A stretch of 64,000 bases of DNA from a virus. Of the stretch, positions 45,649-54,357 are shown piece by piece. The DNA is taken from the IMG/VR virus record IMGVR_UViG_2847048067_000002. One strand, given 5' to 3'. A model generated the notes under the pieces. That model was not told the DNA's origin. It did not search any database and was given only the letters and a program-made list of their open reading frames with translations. How positions within the stretch are numbered: the first letter of the stretch is position 1; each line of letters begins with the position of its first letter. The position numbers and the translations under genes are program-made.

Positions 45649-47747
45649 CAGCAACAGTGTCAGCAACCACATTAAGAAAAAATGTGGCTCAACTCATTAA
45701 AGCACCGAGGCGAATGCCAGTTGCGGATGCTGTGGCAAAATATATGCGTGTACCTGTGGGAGCGGGTAACTCGGTTCCTTGGGATCCGGCAGTATCTCCT
45801 TACATTGTTGAACCTATGAATTGTTTATCGTCACGGCTCTATGATGCAGTGATATTTGTGGGTCCTGCGAGAACAGGAAAGACGGTCGGGTTAATTGATG
45901 GCTGGGTGATTTACAATATTGTGTGCGATCCTTCTGATATGTTGCTGGTGCAAATGACGCAAGATAAAGCACAAGAGCACAGTAAAAAACGGCTTTCTCG
46001 CACCTTTCGTTGCAGTCCTGAAGTCAGCAAACAACTCAGCCCTCGTCGTAACGATAACAACGTGTTTGATAAATACTTTTTATCGGGCAGTTTTTTAAAA
46101 ATGGGGTGGCCATCGATTAATGTGATGTCCTCATCTGACTTTAAGTGTGTGGCACTCACCGATTATGACCGTTTCCCCGAAGATATTGATGGTGAAGGAG
46201 ATGGCTTTTCTTTAGCCTCAAAACGGACAACCACTTTTATGTCTGCGGGTATGACGCTGGTAGAAAGCTCTCCGGGGCGTGATATTACCGATACTAAATG
46301 GCGTCGTTTGTCTCCTCACGAAGCTCCGCCCACAACGGGTATTTTATCACTTTATAATCGGGGTGATCGCCGTCGCTGGTACTGGCAATGTCCTCACTGC
46401 CACGAATATTTTCAGCCTATTTATGATGCGGTAAAAGGATATCGTGACAAGCCAGATCCCGTAGAAGCAAGTGAATCTGCGTATGTGGAGTGTCAGCACT
46501 GTTTAGGTCGTATCGAACCCCATCAAAAACGGGAGCTCAATAATAAAGGGGTGTGGTTGATTGAAGGACAGTCCATTGATAAGCAAGGAAGGATATCAGG
46601 TACAGGGCGTCGTTCGCGTATTGCCTCTTTTTGGATGGAAGGCCCAGCAGCTGCTTATCAAACGTTGTCTCAGTTAGTTTATAAGTTACTAACTGCAGAA
46701 CAAGAATACGAATCAACCGGCAGTGAAGAAACCCTAAAAGCGGTCACCAATACAGACTGGGGCTTGCCTTATTTACCGCGTACAGCACAAGAACAGCGCC
46801 GGAGTGATGAACTGATTAATCGTACGGAAAGTTGGGATGAGTCAGTGGTACCAGAAGGCGTGCGGTTCTTGGTTGCCACGGTTGACGTGCAAGGTGGTAA
46901 AAAACGTCGCTTTGTGGTGCAAGTGGTCGGTTATGGCGAAAAAGGCGAACGCTGGGTGATTGACCGCTTTGAAATCACTCAATCCCTACGTTATGACAAT
47001 AACGGTGAATGCCGGCGAATTGATCCGGGCTCTTACCCTGAGGATTGGCAGGTATTAATTACCGATGTATTAGAGAAAACCTACCCATTACAGCACTATC
47101 CTCACCATGAGATGGGGATCATGATGTTGGGGGTAGACTCCGGCGGTGAAGATGGCGTTACTGATAATGCCTATAAATTTTGGCGTCGCTGTCGAAAAGA
47201 GGGACTGCATCGTAAAGTCTATCTCTTTAAGGGTGACGGGCATAAACGCAGTAAGTTAATCACCAAGTCATTCCCCGATAACACCAGTCGTTCTGAACGG
47301 CGCGCCCAAGCCAAAGGGGATGTGCCTCTTTATTTACTGCAAACTGACCAACTTAAGGACCGGATCAGTTCTGCGTTATCGCGCGATACCGTAGGGCCTA
47401 ACTATATCCATTTCCCTGATTGGTTGGATGAATCGTTCTATGACGAGTTGACGTATGAAGAGCGTGATGAAAAAGGGCATTGGGAAAAACCGGGTCGAGG
47501 CGCTAATGAGGCATTTGACCTAATGGTTTACGCCCATGCCTTGGTAATATTAAAGGGGTACGAAGGGATCAATTGGGAAAAACCGCCTAAATGGGCAAGG
47601 TTGCCTGATGTGACACTTTCCTCCTCCTCGCCAATTGCCGATATCGCCATAGAACCTGAAATAAAACCCTCACCCGAAACCCCAAAACAGGAAACGCCTG
47701 CCGTATCAGCATGGGCACCGGTATCAAACAGCGGAGGCTGGATATGA
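45645..47747 (+). CDS. Terminase large subunit, lambda gpA family
   Basis: GPARTGKT, CPHC, TVDVQ, NEAFDLMVYA. Confidence 0.95.
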   Translation: MTATVSATTLRKNVAQLIKAPRRMPVADAVAKYMRVPVGAGNSVPWDPAVSPYIVEPMNCLSSRLYDAVIFVGPARTGKTVGLIDGWVIYNIVCDPSDMLLVQMTQDKAQEHSKKRLSRTFRCSPEVSKQLSPRRNDNNVFDKYFLSGSFLKMGWPSINVMSSSDFKCVALTDYDRFPEDIDGEGDGFSLASKRTTTFMSAGMTLVESSPGRDITDTKWRRLSPHEAPPTTGILSLYNRGDRRRWYWQCPHCHEYFQPIYDAVKGYRDKPDPVEASESAYVECQHCLGRIEPHQKRELNNKGVWLIEGQSIDKQGRISGTGRRSRIASFWMEGPAAAYQTLSQLVYKLLTAEQEYESTGSEETLKAVTNTDWGLPYLPRTAQEQRRSDELINRTESWDESVVPEGVRFLVATVDVQGGKKRRFVVQVVGYGEKGERWVIDRFEITQSLRYDNNGECRRIDPGSYPEDWQVLITDVLEKTYPLQHYPHHEMGIMMLGVDSGGEDGVTDNAYKFWRRCRKEGLHRKVYLFKGDGHKRSKLITKSFPDNTSRSERRAQAKGDVPLYLLQTDQLKDRISSALSRDTVGPNYIHFPDWLDESFYDELTYEERDEKGHWEKPGRGANEAFDLMVYAHALVILKGYEGINWEKPPKWARLPDVTLSSSSPIADIAIEPEIKPSPETPKQETPAVSAWAPVSNSGGWI

Positions 47748-47959
47748 CAAAAGAAGAAATTGAACACATGATTGAGCAATACCGTTTAGCGGAAGAGGCG
47801 GTATTAAAAGGCAAATCCATCACTTTTAATGGACAAGCCATGACAATGGAAAATCTCAACGAGATCATAAAAGGTCGTGAGCGTTGGGAATCTCGTTTGT
47901 CGGCATTGATATCGAGAAAACGAGGCAATCCAATGTATAAACTTGCGAGGTTTAGATGA
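47744..47959 (+). CDS. Head-tail joining protein (gpW-like)
   Basis: AEEAVLKGKSITFNG; GGAGG RBS; between terL and portal. Confidence 0.75.
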   Translation: MTKEEIEHMIEQYRLAEEAVLKGKSITFNGQAMTMENLNEIIKGRERWESRLSALISRKRGNPMYKLARFR

Positions 47960-49446
47960 CATTATTAGACAGCGCCATTGGTTATTTTGCCCCAAACTGG
48001 CAAGCCTCGCGTCTCCGCTCTCGCTTACAAATTAAAGCTTATGAAGCCGTTTTGCCCACTCGAACTCATCCCGCTAAACGTGAAAATCGTAATGCAAACC
48101 AATTGACGCAATTTGGTGGTACTTCCTTACGCGAGCAAGCGCGATGGCTAGATAACAATCATGATATCTCTATCGGTATTCTCGATAAGATGGAAGAGCG
48201 CATTGTCGGGGCAAAAGGCATTATTGTTGAGCCTCAGCCTCTCGATGGTGCAGGGCAAATTCATGAAGATTTAGCCTCACAAATTCGTCAAGCCTGGGCG
48301 GAGTGGTCAGTACTACCCGAAGTGACCGGGCAATTTAGTCGCCCTGTATTAGAGCGTTTACTGGTCAGAACGTGGTTACGTGATGGTGAAGTGTTTGCTC
48401 AACTTGTTAAAGGTAAAGCGAAAGGATTAGAGGCTCAAGCTAATATCTATTTTTGGCTCGAAGCCTTAGAGCCTGACTTTGTGCCGATCCACATGAATAT
48501 GCCTGAAAGCAAGATTATTCAAGGCATTAAATTCAATGAGTGGGGGCGACCCACAGGGTATCAGGTATATAAAAATCTCCCTCAATTTAGTGCCAATTTA
48601 GGGGATATCAAAACCATTGATGCCGAAAATATGTTGCACCTGAAATTCACTCGTCGGCTCCATCAAGCGCGAGGTGTCAGTTTGTTTTCGGGGATCTTAA
48701 TGCGTTTAAGTGCGTTAAAAGATTACGAAGATGCGGAATTAACCTCCGCACGTATTGCAGCTTCATTAGGCATGTACATCAAAAAAGGCGATGCCGGATC
48801 TTTCCCTGAGGGTGACTATGACGAAGATGAGCAACGTAATATTGATATTCAGCCGGGCATGATTTACGACGGTTTAAAACCGGGTGAAGAAGTCGGCATG
48901 ATCAAATCAGACCGACCCAACCCCAACCTACAATCGTTTCGCAATGGACAATTACGCGCGGTTTCTGCAGGCAGTCGGGGGAGTTATTCCAGTATCGCCC
49001 GTGACTATAACGGTACGTATAGCGCTCAGCGACAAGAGCTGGTGGAGTCATTTGAAGGTTATAACATTTTCCAAGATACCTTTGTGGCAGGTATTAGTCG
49101 TCCGATGTATCGCAATTGGTTAAAAATGGCGATAGCCAGTGGTGTGGTCACCGTGCCTCCTGATGTTGATACTAAATCCCTGTTTAATGCGGTTTACAGT
49201 GGCCCTGTGATGCCATGGATTGATCCGAAGAAAGAGTCTGAGGCTTGGAAAACCTTGTTACGCGGTGGTGCGTCAACAGAAAGTGACTGGATACGCGCCA
49301 AAGGGGGCAACCCTGCGGATGTGAAACGTCGTCGTAAAACCGAAATTGACGAAAATAAACGATTAGGACTGGTATTTGATACTGATCCTGCTAATGACAA
49401 AGGGGCACAAGATGCTAAACAACAAGAAATCGATGATGATGCCTAA
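47956..49446 (+). CDS. Portal protein, lambda family
   Basis: LRDGEVF, QARGVS, YSAQRQEL, PWIDPKKE. Confidence 0.95.
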   Translation: MTLLDSAIGYFAPNWQASRLRSRLQIKAYEAVLPTRTHPAKRENRNANQLTQFGGTSLREQARWLDNNHDISIGILDKMEERIVGAKGIIVEPQPLDGAGQIHEDLASQIRQAWAEWSVLPEVTGQFSRPVLERLLVRTWLRDGEVFAQLVKGKAKGLEAQANIYFWLEALEPDFVPIHMNMPESKIIQGIKFNEWGRPTGYQVYKNLPQFSANLGDIKTIDAENMLHLKFTRRLHQARGVSLFSGILMRLSALKDYEDAELTSARIAASLGMYIKKGDAGSFPEGDYDEDEQRNIDIQPGMIYDGLKPGEEVGMIKSDRPNPNLQSFRNGQLRAVSAGSRGSYSSIARDYNGTYSAQRQELVESFEGYNIFQDTFVAGISRPMYRNWLKMAIASGVVTVPPDVDTKSLFNAVYSGPVMPWIDPKKESEAWKTLLRGGASTESDWIRAKGGNPADVKRRRKTEIDENKRLGLVFDTDPANDKGAQDAKQQEIDDDA

Positions 49447-51400
49447 AATGTCGGGGCCAGTAAATCAAAAAAGCTGGTTTCGCATGCAGGCTAAAGAAGA
49501 CCAAACGGCGGATATCTATATTTATGATGAAATCGGTGGGTGGGGAATTAGCGCAAGACGCTTTACGGAAGATTTAATCTCGCTGGGTAATCTCAGTCAT
49601 ATCAATCTGCATATTCACTCCCCCGGTGGTGAAGTGTTTGATGGTATCGCCATTTATAACCAACTTAAAAACCACTCTGCAACAATTACGGTTTATATCG
49701 ATGGTTTGGCCGCCTCAATGGCCTCAGTTATTGCGATGGTCGGGGATACGGTCATTATGCCGAAAAATGCCATGATGATGATCCACAAACCGTGGGGTGT
49801 CTCATGGGGAGATGCGAATGATATGCGTGAATATGCTGACTTACTCGACAAGTTAGAAAACGTATTAATCCCTGCTTATGTGGCGAAAACAGGGAAAACA
49901 ACCGAAGAAATTACCGCCATGTTAGAGCAGGAAACATGGCTTGATGGTGACGAGTGTGTTGAACACGGTTTCGCCGATAAAGTGATTGAGCCAGTGAAAG
50001 CAATGGCAAGTCTTACATCTAAACGAATTGAGGAATTTTCATCTATGCCAAGTGCAATTAAAAATCAAATTACCCCCAAAAACACTACTAAACCTACGCA
50101 ACAGCCTCAACCAAATTCTTCACCAGAGCCACAGCCTAGCGCCACCTATGCGGATGAGCAAATACGCTTAAATGGCATTAAAGATTTATTTGCCATGTTC
50201 GGTGGTCGTCATAATGAGCTAATGATCACGTGTTTAGCAGATGCGAACTGTTCTGTTGAAAAAGCGCGTGAGCAATTGCTCAATACGATTGCACAGCAAC
50301 AAAATCCTGAGCCATCCAATAAAGATAATGCGCATATTTACGCAGGAAACGGCAATATCGTCGGTGACAGTGTGCGCGCCTCTGTGATGGCGCGTGCGGG
50401 TTATCAGGATTATGAAAAAGATAACGCCTATAACAGCATGACACTGCGTGAGTTAGCACGCGCATCACTGACGGAGCGTGGTGTTGGCGTGGCTACGTAT
50501 AATCCGATGCAAATGATTGGTATGGCCTTTACGCACAGCACCTCTGATTTCGGTAATATCCTGCTGGATGTCGCGAATAAAGCGATTTTGCTTGGTTGGG
50601 AAGAAAATGACGAAACCTTTGAGAAATGGACGAAAAAAGGACAACTCAGTGACTTTAAAACTGCACATCGTGTGGGATTAGGGGCATTCCCTTCCTTACG
50701 TCAAGTGCGTGAAGGTGCTGAGTATAAGTACGTTACGCTCGATGATAAAGGCGAAACCATCGCGCTGGCGACCTACGGTGAGTTATTTAGCATTACCCGT
50801 CAAGCTATCATCAATGATGATATGAACATGCTGACGGATGTGCCAATGAAGTTCGGTCGTGCAGCGAAAGCGACAGTCGGCGATTTGGTGTATGCGGTAC
50901 TTATCGACAATGAAAAAATGAGCGATAAAAAAGCACTATTTAGTACCGATCATAAAAACATGCTCACGGGCGGGATGGATGTAGAAACCATCAGTGCGGG
51001 TCGTACTGCAATGCGTCAACAAAAAGAAGGCGAACGAACACTCAATATTCGTCCGGCATTTATGTTGGTACCGACCACACTGGAAACACAAGCTATCCAA
51101 GTGGTTAAATCGGGTAGTGTGAAAGGCGCAGATGTTAATGCCAATATCATTAATCCAGTGCGTGATTTAGCTGAAATTATCGCCGAACCTCGGTTAGATG
51201 AAGCTAGTACAAAAGATTGGTATATGGCCTCACGCCAAGGTAGCGACACCATTGAAGTGGCGTACTTAAATGGGATTGATGTGCCGTATATTGATCAACT
51301 AGAAGGCTTTACCTCTGATGGTGTCACGACAAAAGTGCGTATTGATGCGGGTGTAGCGCCAGTTGATTATCGCGGTCTACTGAAAGTGACGGGTAAGTAA
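49412..51400 (+). CDS. ClpP-like protease-major capsid fusion
   Basis: IHSPGGEVFDG, GLAASMAS, MIHKP protease domain fused to a capsid domain (HSTSDF...RIDAGVAPVDYRG). Confidence 0.92.
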   Translation: MLNNKKSMMMPKMSGPVNQKSWFRMQAKEDQTADIYIYDEIGGWGISARRFTEDLISLGNLSHINLHIHSPGGEVFDGIAIYNQLKNHSATITVYIDGLAASMASVIAMVGDTVIMPKNAMMMIHKPWGVSWGDANDMREYADLLDKLENVLIPAYVAKTGKTTEEITAMLEQETWLDGDECVEHGFADKVIEPVKAMASLTSKRIEEFSSMPSAIKNQITPKNTTKPTQQPQPNSSPEPQPSATYADEQIRLNGIKDLFAMFGGRHNELMITCLADANCSVEKAREQLLNTIAQQQNPEPSNKDNAHIYAGNGNIVGDSVRASVMARAGYQDYEKDNAYNSMTLRELARASLTERGVGVATYNPMQMIGMAFTHSTSDFGNILLDVANKAILLGWEENDETFEKWTKKGQLSDFKTAHRVGLGAFPSLRQVREGAEYKYVTLDDKGETIALATYGELFSITRQAIINDDMNMLTDVPMKFGRAAKATVGDLVYAVLIDNEKMSDKKALFSTDHKNMLTGGMDVETISAGRTAMRQQKEGERTLNIRPAFMLVPTTLETQAIQVVKSGSVKGADVNANIINPVRDLAEIIAEPRLDEASTKDWYMASRQGSDTIEVAYLNGIDVPYIDQLEGFTSDGVTTKVRIDAGVAPVDYRGLLKVTGK

Positions 51401-51488
51401 GACGTCTTTTTTCTTCGTTTTATCCTGATGCCCTGATGGGCTTTTTTTATATCTAAAATCCGGTGCTTCGGCATCGGAAGGAGTTTTT

Positions 51489-51830
51489 ATGGCTAAAAAT
51501 TATGTACAACAGGGTGGCACAATTGCAATTGCCAACAACACAAAAGAGATCATTAAAAGTGGTCAATTGGTACACGTTGGTGCGGTTGCTTGTGTTGCGA
51601 TCACGGATATTCAACCTAACGAAACCGGTGATGGTTTTGCAGAAGGTGTTTTCTTACTGAACAAGAAAACGGGAATTGCCTTAAAAGCGGGGGTAGTGGC
51701 CTCTGTTAAAGACAATATCGTGGTGGATACCGGTGGTACACCTGCCGGTGTGGTTTGGGATGATGCGGATGCATCGAGTGAACATGTCACGATTAAACTC
51801 AATGTGTTCGCACCAGCGGGTACGCCATAA
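51489..51830 (+). CDS. DUF2190-like capsid decoration/cement protein
   Basis: MAKNYVQQGGTI...EGVF; follows capsid gene. Confidence 0.82.
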   Translation: MAKNYVQQGGTIAIANNTKEIIKSGQLVHVGAVACVAITDIQPNETGDGFAEGVFLLNKKTGIALKAGVVASVKDNIVVDTGGTPAGVVWDDADASSEHVTIKLNVFAPAGTP

Positions 51831-51841
51831 GGTAGGAAACG

Positions 51842-52114
51842 ATGAATCCATTTGAACGGTTGGTAAAAAGAATGGATAACGTGACCGAAGAACGGATGGG
51901 GGTTCCCATCCGTATAAATGGTGTTTTTTATCAAGCACTCGAATCTCACTTTATCCCTGAATTGGGACCGATGAGTGGTGACGGGGTGAGCTATGTTGTT
52001 TTTTCTTCAACATATCACCCTAAGCGCAGTGACGCCGTAGAAATTGAGGGGGAAGCCTATCAAGTCACTCGACACCAAAAGTTTAATGGTAAACCACATA
52101 TTTGGATCAAATAG
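51842..52114 (+). CDS. Head-tail joining protein
   Basis: MNPFERL..MD; synteny with Gifsy-type heads. Confidence 0.65.
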   Translation: MNPFERLVKRMDNVTEERMGVPIRINGVFYQALESHFIPELGPMSGDGVSYVVFSSTYHPKRSDAVEIEGEAYQVTRHQKFNGKPHIWIK

Positions 52115-52687
52115 GTGGGTGATATGAAAGGGTTAGCGCAAGCCATTAAAAACCTGAATAGCATTAATGATGAAATGGTCCCGAAAGCAACGGCAATGGC
52201 GATTAACCGTGTTGCTCGCCGTGTCATTAGCCATAGTGTTAAACGGGTTTCAGCCGAAACCAAAGTACCTCAACGCCTGATCCGTCAACGTGTTCGACTT
52301 AATCGAGCGAGTAGCCGTTATAAAACGCCTCGCGCTCGATTAGTGATAAATCGGGGTAATTTGCCGGCCATTGCCCTAGGTAATGCGCGCGTTCAGCTAT
52401 CAAGAAAACGAGGTAATCAGAAAGGCGCTGGAAGTGTTTTGAAGGTGGGGAGATTTTCTTTTCCTCATGCTTTTATTCAACAGCTTGATAATGGCCGTTG
52501 GCATATTCTTCAGCGAGTTGGTCAAAGCCGTTATCCCATCGAGGTGGTGAAAATTCCGCTCGTCACACCGCTAACAACAGCTTACACCGAAGAGTCAGAG
52601 AAATTGCTTCAATCTGATATGCCCAAAGAAATGGCGTCGGCCTTAAAGCAACAGTTACGGCTTTATATAAAAGGGAGGGTTTGGTGA
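52115..52687 (+). CDS. Z: Minor tail protein Z
   Basis: AINRVA..INRGNLPAI..AFIQQL.NGRWHI..RYPIEVVKIP. Confidence 0.9.
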   Translation: MGDMKGLAQAIKNLNSINDEMVPKATAMAINRVARRVISHSVKRVSAETKVPQRLIRQRVRLNRASSRYKTPRARLVINRGNLPAIALGNARVQLSRKRGNQKGAGSVLKVGRFSFPHAFIQQLDNGRWHILQRVGQSRYPIEVVKIPLVTPLTTAYTEESEKLLQSDMPKEMASALKQQLRLYIKGRVW

Positions 52688-53082
52688 TCAAACATACACA
52701 GATCCGACATGCAATTAAAGAGGCGATTGAGCCTCATGCCAATGGGGTGACAGTCTTTGATGGTCGCCCTTTTTTTGTGGATGAAAACGACTTTCCAGCC
52801 ATTGCGGTGTACATCACCGATGCTATTTCAACAGGTGAAAATCTCGATGAAGATAGTTGGCAAGCAATTGTTCACATAGAAGTTTTTCTCAGTGCGAATA
52901 ACCCTGATGCTGAGTTAGATAAATGGGTTGAAGCCGTGATTTATCCTGCGCTGACCTCCATTCCCGCACTGTCCGAGCTTATCGAGAATATGACCCCTAA
53001 CGGCTACGACTACCATCGTGATGAAGAAATGGGGTTGTGGGGGTCGGTCGATCTCCATTATCAAATTAATTATTCAATGTAA
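52681..53082 (+). CDS. U: Tail terminator protein U
   Basis: KHTQIR..FDGRP..FPAIAVY..HIEVFL..GYDYHRD. Confidence 0.9.
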   Translation: MVIKHTQIRHAIKEAIEPHANGVTVFDGRPFFVDENDFPAIAVYITDAISTGENLDEDSWQAIVHIEVFLSANNPDAELDKWVEAVIYPALTSIPALSELIENMTPNGYDYHRDEEMGLWGSVDLHYQINYSM

Positions 53083-53093
53083 AAGGAATCATT

Positions 53094-53615
53094 ATGCCTA
53101 CACCAAACCCATTGGCACCCGTAAAGGGTGCTGGTACCACGCTTTGGATTTATAGCGGTACCGAAGACCCATTAAAAGATCCGTTTACTGATACGGATTG
53201 GACACGACTGGCGAAAATTAAAGAGCTACAGCCGGGTGAAATTACCGCAGACAGTTATGACGATACCTATCTTGATGACGAAGATGCGGACTGGAAAGCC
53301 ACTGCTCAGGGGGAAAAATCAGCGGGTGAGGCCAACATCACGCTGGCATGGAAACCGGGTGAACAAGGTCAAAAAGATCTGGTTGATTGGTTCCAACTAG
53401 GGGATGTTCGTCACTACCGCATTCGTTACCCCAATGGGGCCGTCGATATTTATCGAGGTTGGGTTAGTTCGCTTGGAAAAACGGTACCTGCGAAAGAAGT
53501 GATCACTCGTACCATTAAGATCACCAACAGTGGCCGTCCTGCGCTTGCAGAAGAAATAAAATCAGCGTCAGAGCAAGGAAAAAGTGCGCCCGTTATTAAA
53601 AAAGACACTGAATAA
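53094..53615 (+). CDS. V: Major tail protein V (no C-terminal Ig domain)
   Basis: [42 protein letters not shown]. Confidence 0.93.
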   Translation: MPTPNPLAPVKGAGTTLWIYSGTEDPLKDPFTDTDWTRLAKIKELQPGEITADSYDDTYLDDEDADWKATAQGEKSAGEANITLAWKPGEQGQKDLVDWFQLGDVRHYRIRYPNGAVDIYRGWVSSLGKTVPAKEVITRTIKITNSGRPALAEEIKSASEQGKSAPVIKKDTE

Positions 53616-53626
53616 AAGGTAATAAT

Positions 53627-54016
53627 ATGTTTTTAAAGAAAAAAGAATTTACTTATAGTGATAACACTATTGAGTTGTTTGAGTTATCAGCATTACAGCG
53701 TATTGAATACTTTGATTTTTTGGTCGAACAATCTCAAAAAAACGAAGATGTTGAAAAGGCTGAAGGCATAAAAAAAACAGCACTCATTATTCGTGCAAAC
53801 ACAGAATCGAATGCCTGGTTAGTGTCTCGATCATTAGCACACGGTGAAACGCGTGATATTGAGCAGGTTTATCATGAAGTGCTTTCGCAGTGGCCACCAG
53901 AGGCGCTTGGAAAAGCAGCAAAAGAAGTCCTAGTCATTAGCGGGATGGCTCAAACTGAAAACACGGAAAGCGAAAACCATCAAGGTGATGTTCAGGCAGA
54001 GCCACTGGAAAAGTAG
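53627..54016 (+). CDS. G: Tail assembly chaperone G
   Basis: MFLK..ELSALQRIEY..SGM. Confidence 0.9.
   Translation: MFLKKKEFTYSDNTIELFELSALQRIEYFDFLVEQSQKNEDVEKAEGIKKTALIIRANTESNAWLVSRSLAHGETRDIEQVYHEVLSQWPPEALGKAAKEVLVISGMAQTENTESENHQGDVQAEPLEK
54007..54013 (+). other. -1 frameshift site G/T
   Basis: G GAA AAG before TAG; the -1 frame reads KVVAREHQFILRLSHEFKRADWRRML into the T ORF. Confidence 0.75.
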
Positions 54017-54357
54017 TTGCCCGTGAACATCAATTTATTCTGCGCCTATCACATGAATTTAAACGTGCTGATTGGCGCAGAATGCTCAGTGAGATGACAG
54101 CGACCGAGCTCGCTGATTGGTTACACTTCTTTAATGAAACTCCCTTCACCATTCAATTTATCGATCATGCTTTTTCTGGTCTTAATTTCACGGTTGCCAG
54201 TGTTTTTGGTGGTGGTAAAGACTTATCACCAGAGGATTTTAGTGTGTTGTTACGTAAACCTGCTGTTGATATGGACGATGAAATCATGATGGCGGTAAGT
54301 GAAGGGATAGCGGGCGGAATACGATATGAGCCAACAAATAGCGGATCTAACGATTAA
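54013..54357 (+). CDS. T: Tail assembly protein T (frameshift product)
   Basis: RADWRRMLSEMTATELADW, similar to lambda gpT. Confidence 0.85.
   Translation, partial: VVAREHQFILRLSHEFKRADWRRMLSEMTATELADWLHFFNETPFTIQFIDHAFSGLNFTVASVFGGGKDLSPEDFSVLLRKPAVDMDDEIMMAVSEGIAGGIRYEPTNSGSND

Noticed and set aside
49412..51400. Protease-capsid fusion as a novelty
   Set aside because: Known arrangement in Gifsy-2-like lambdoid phages
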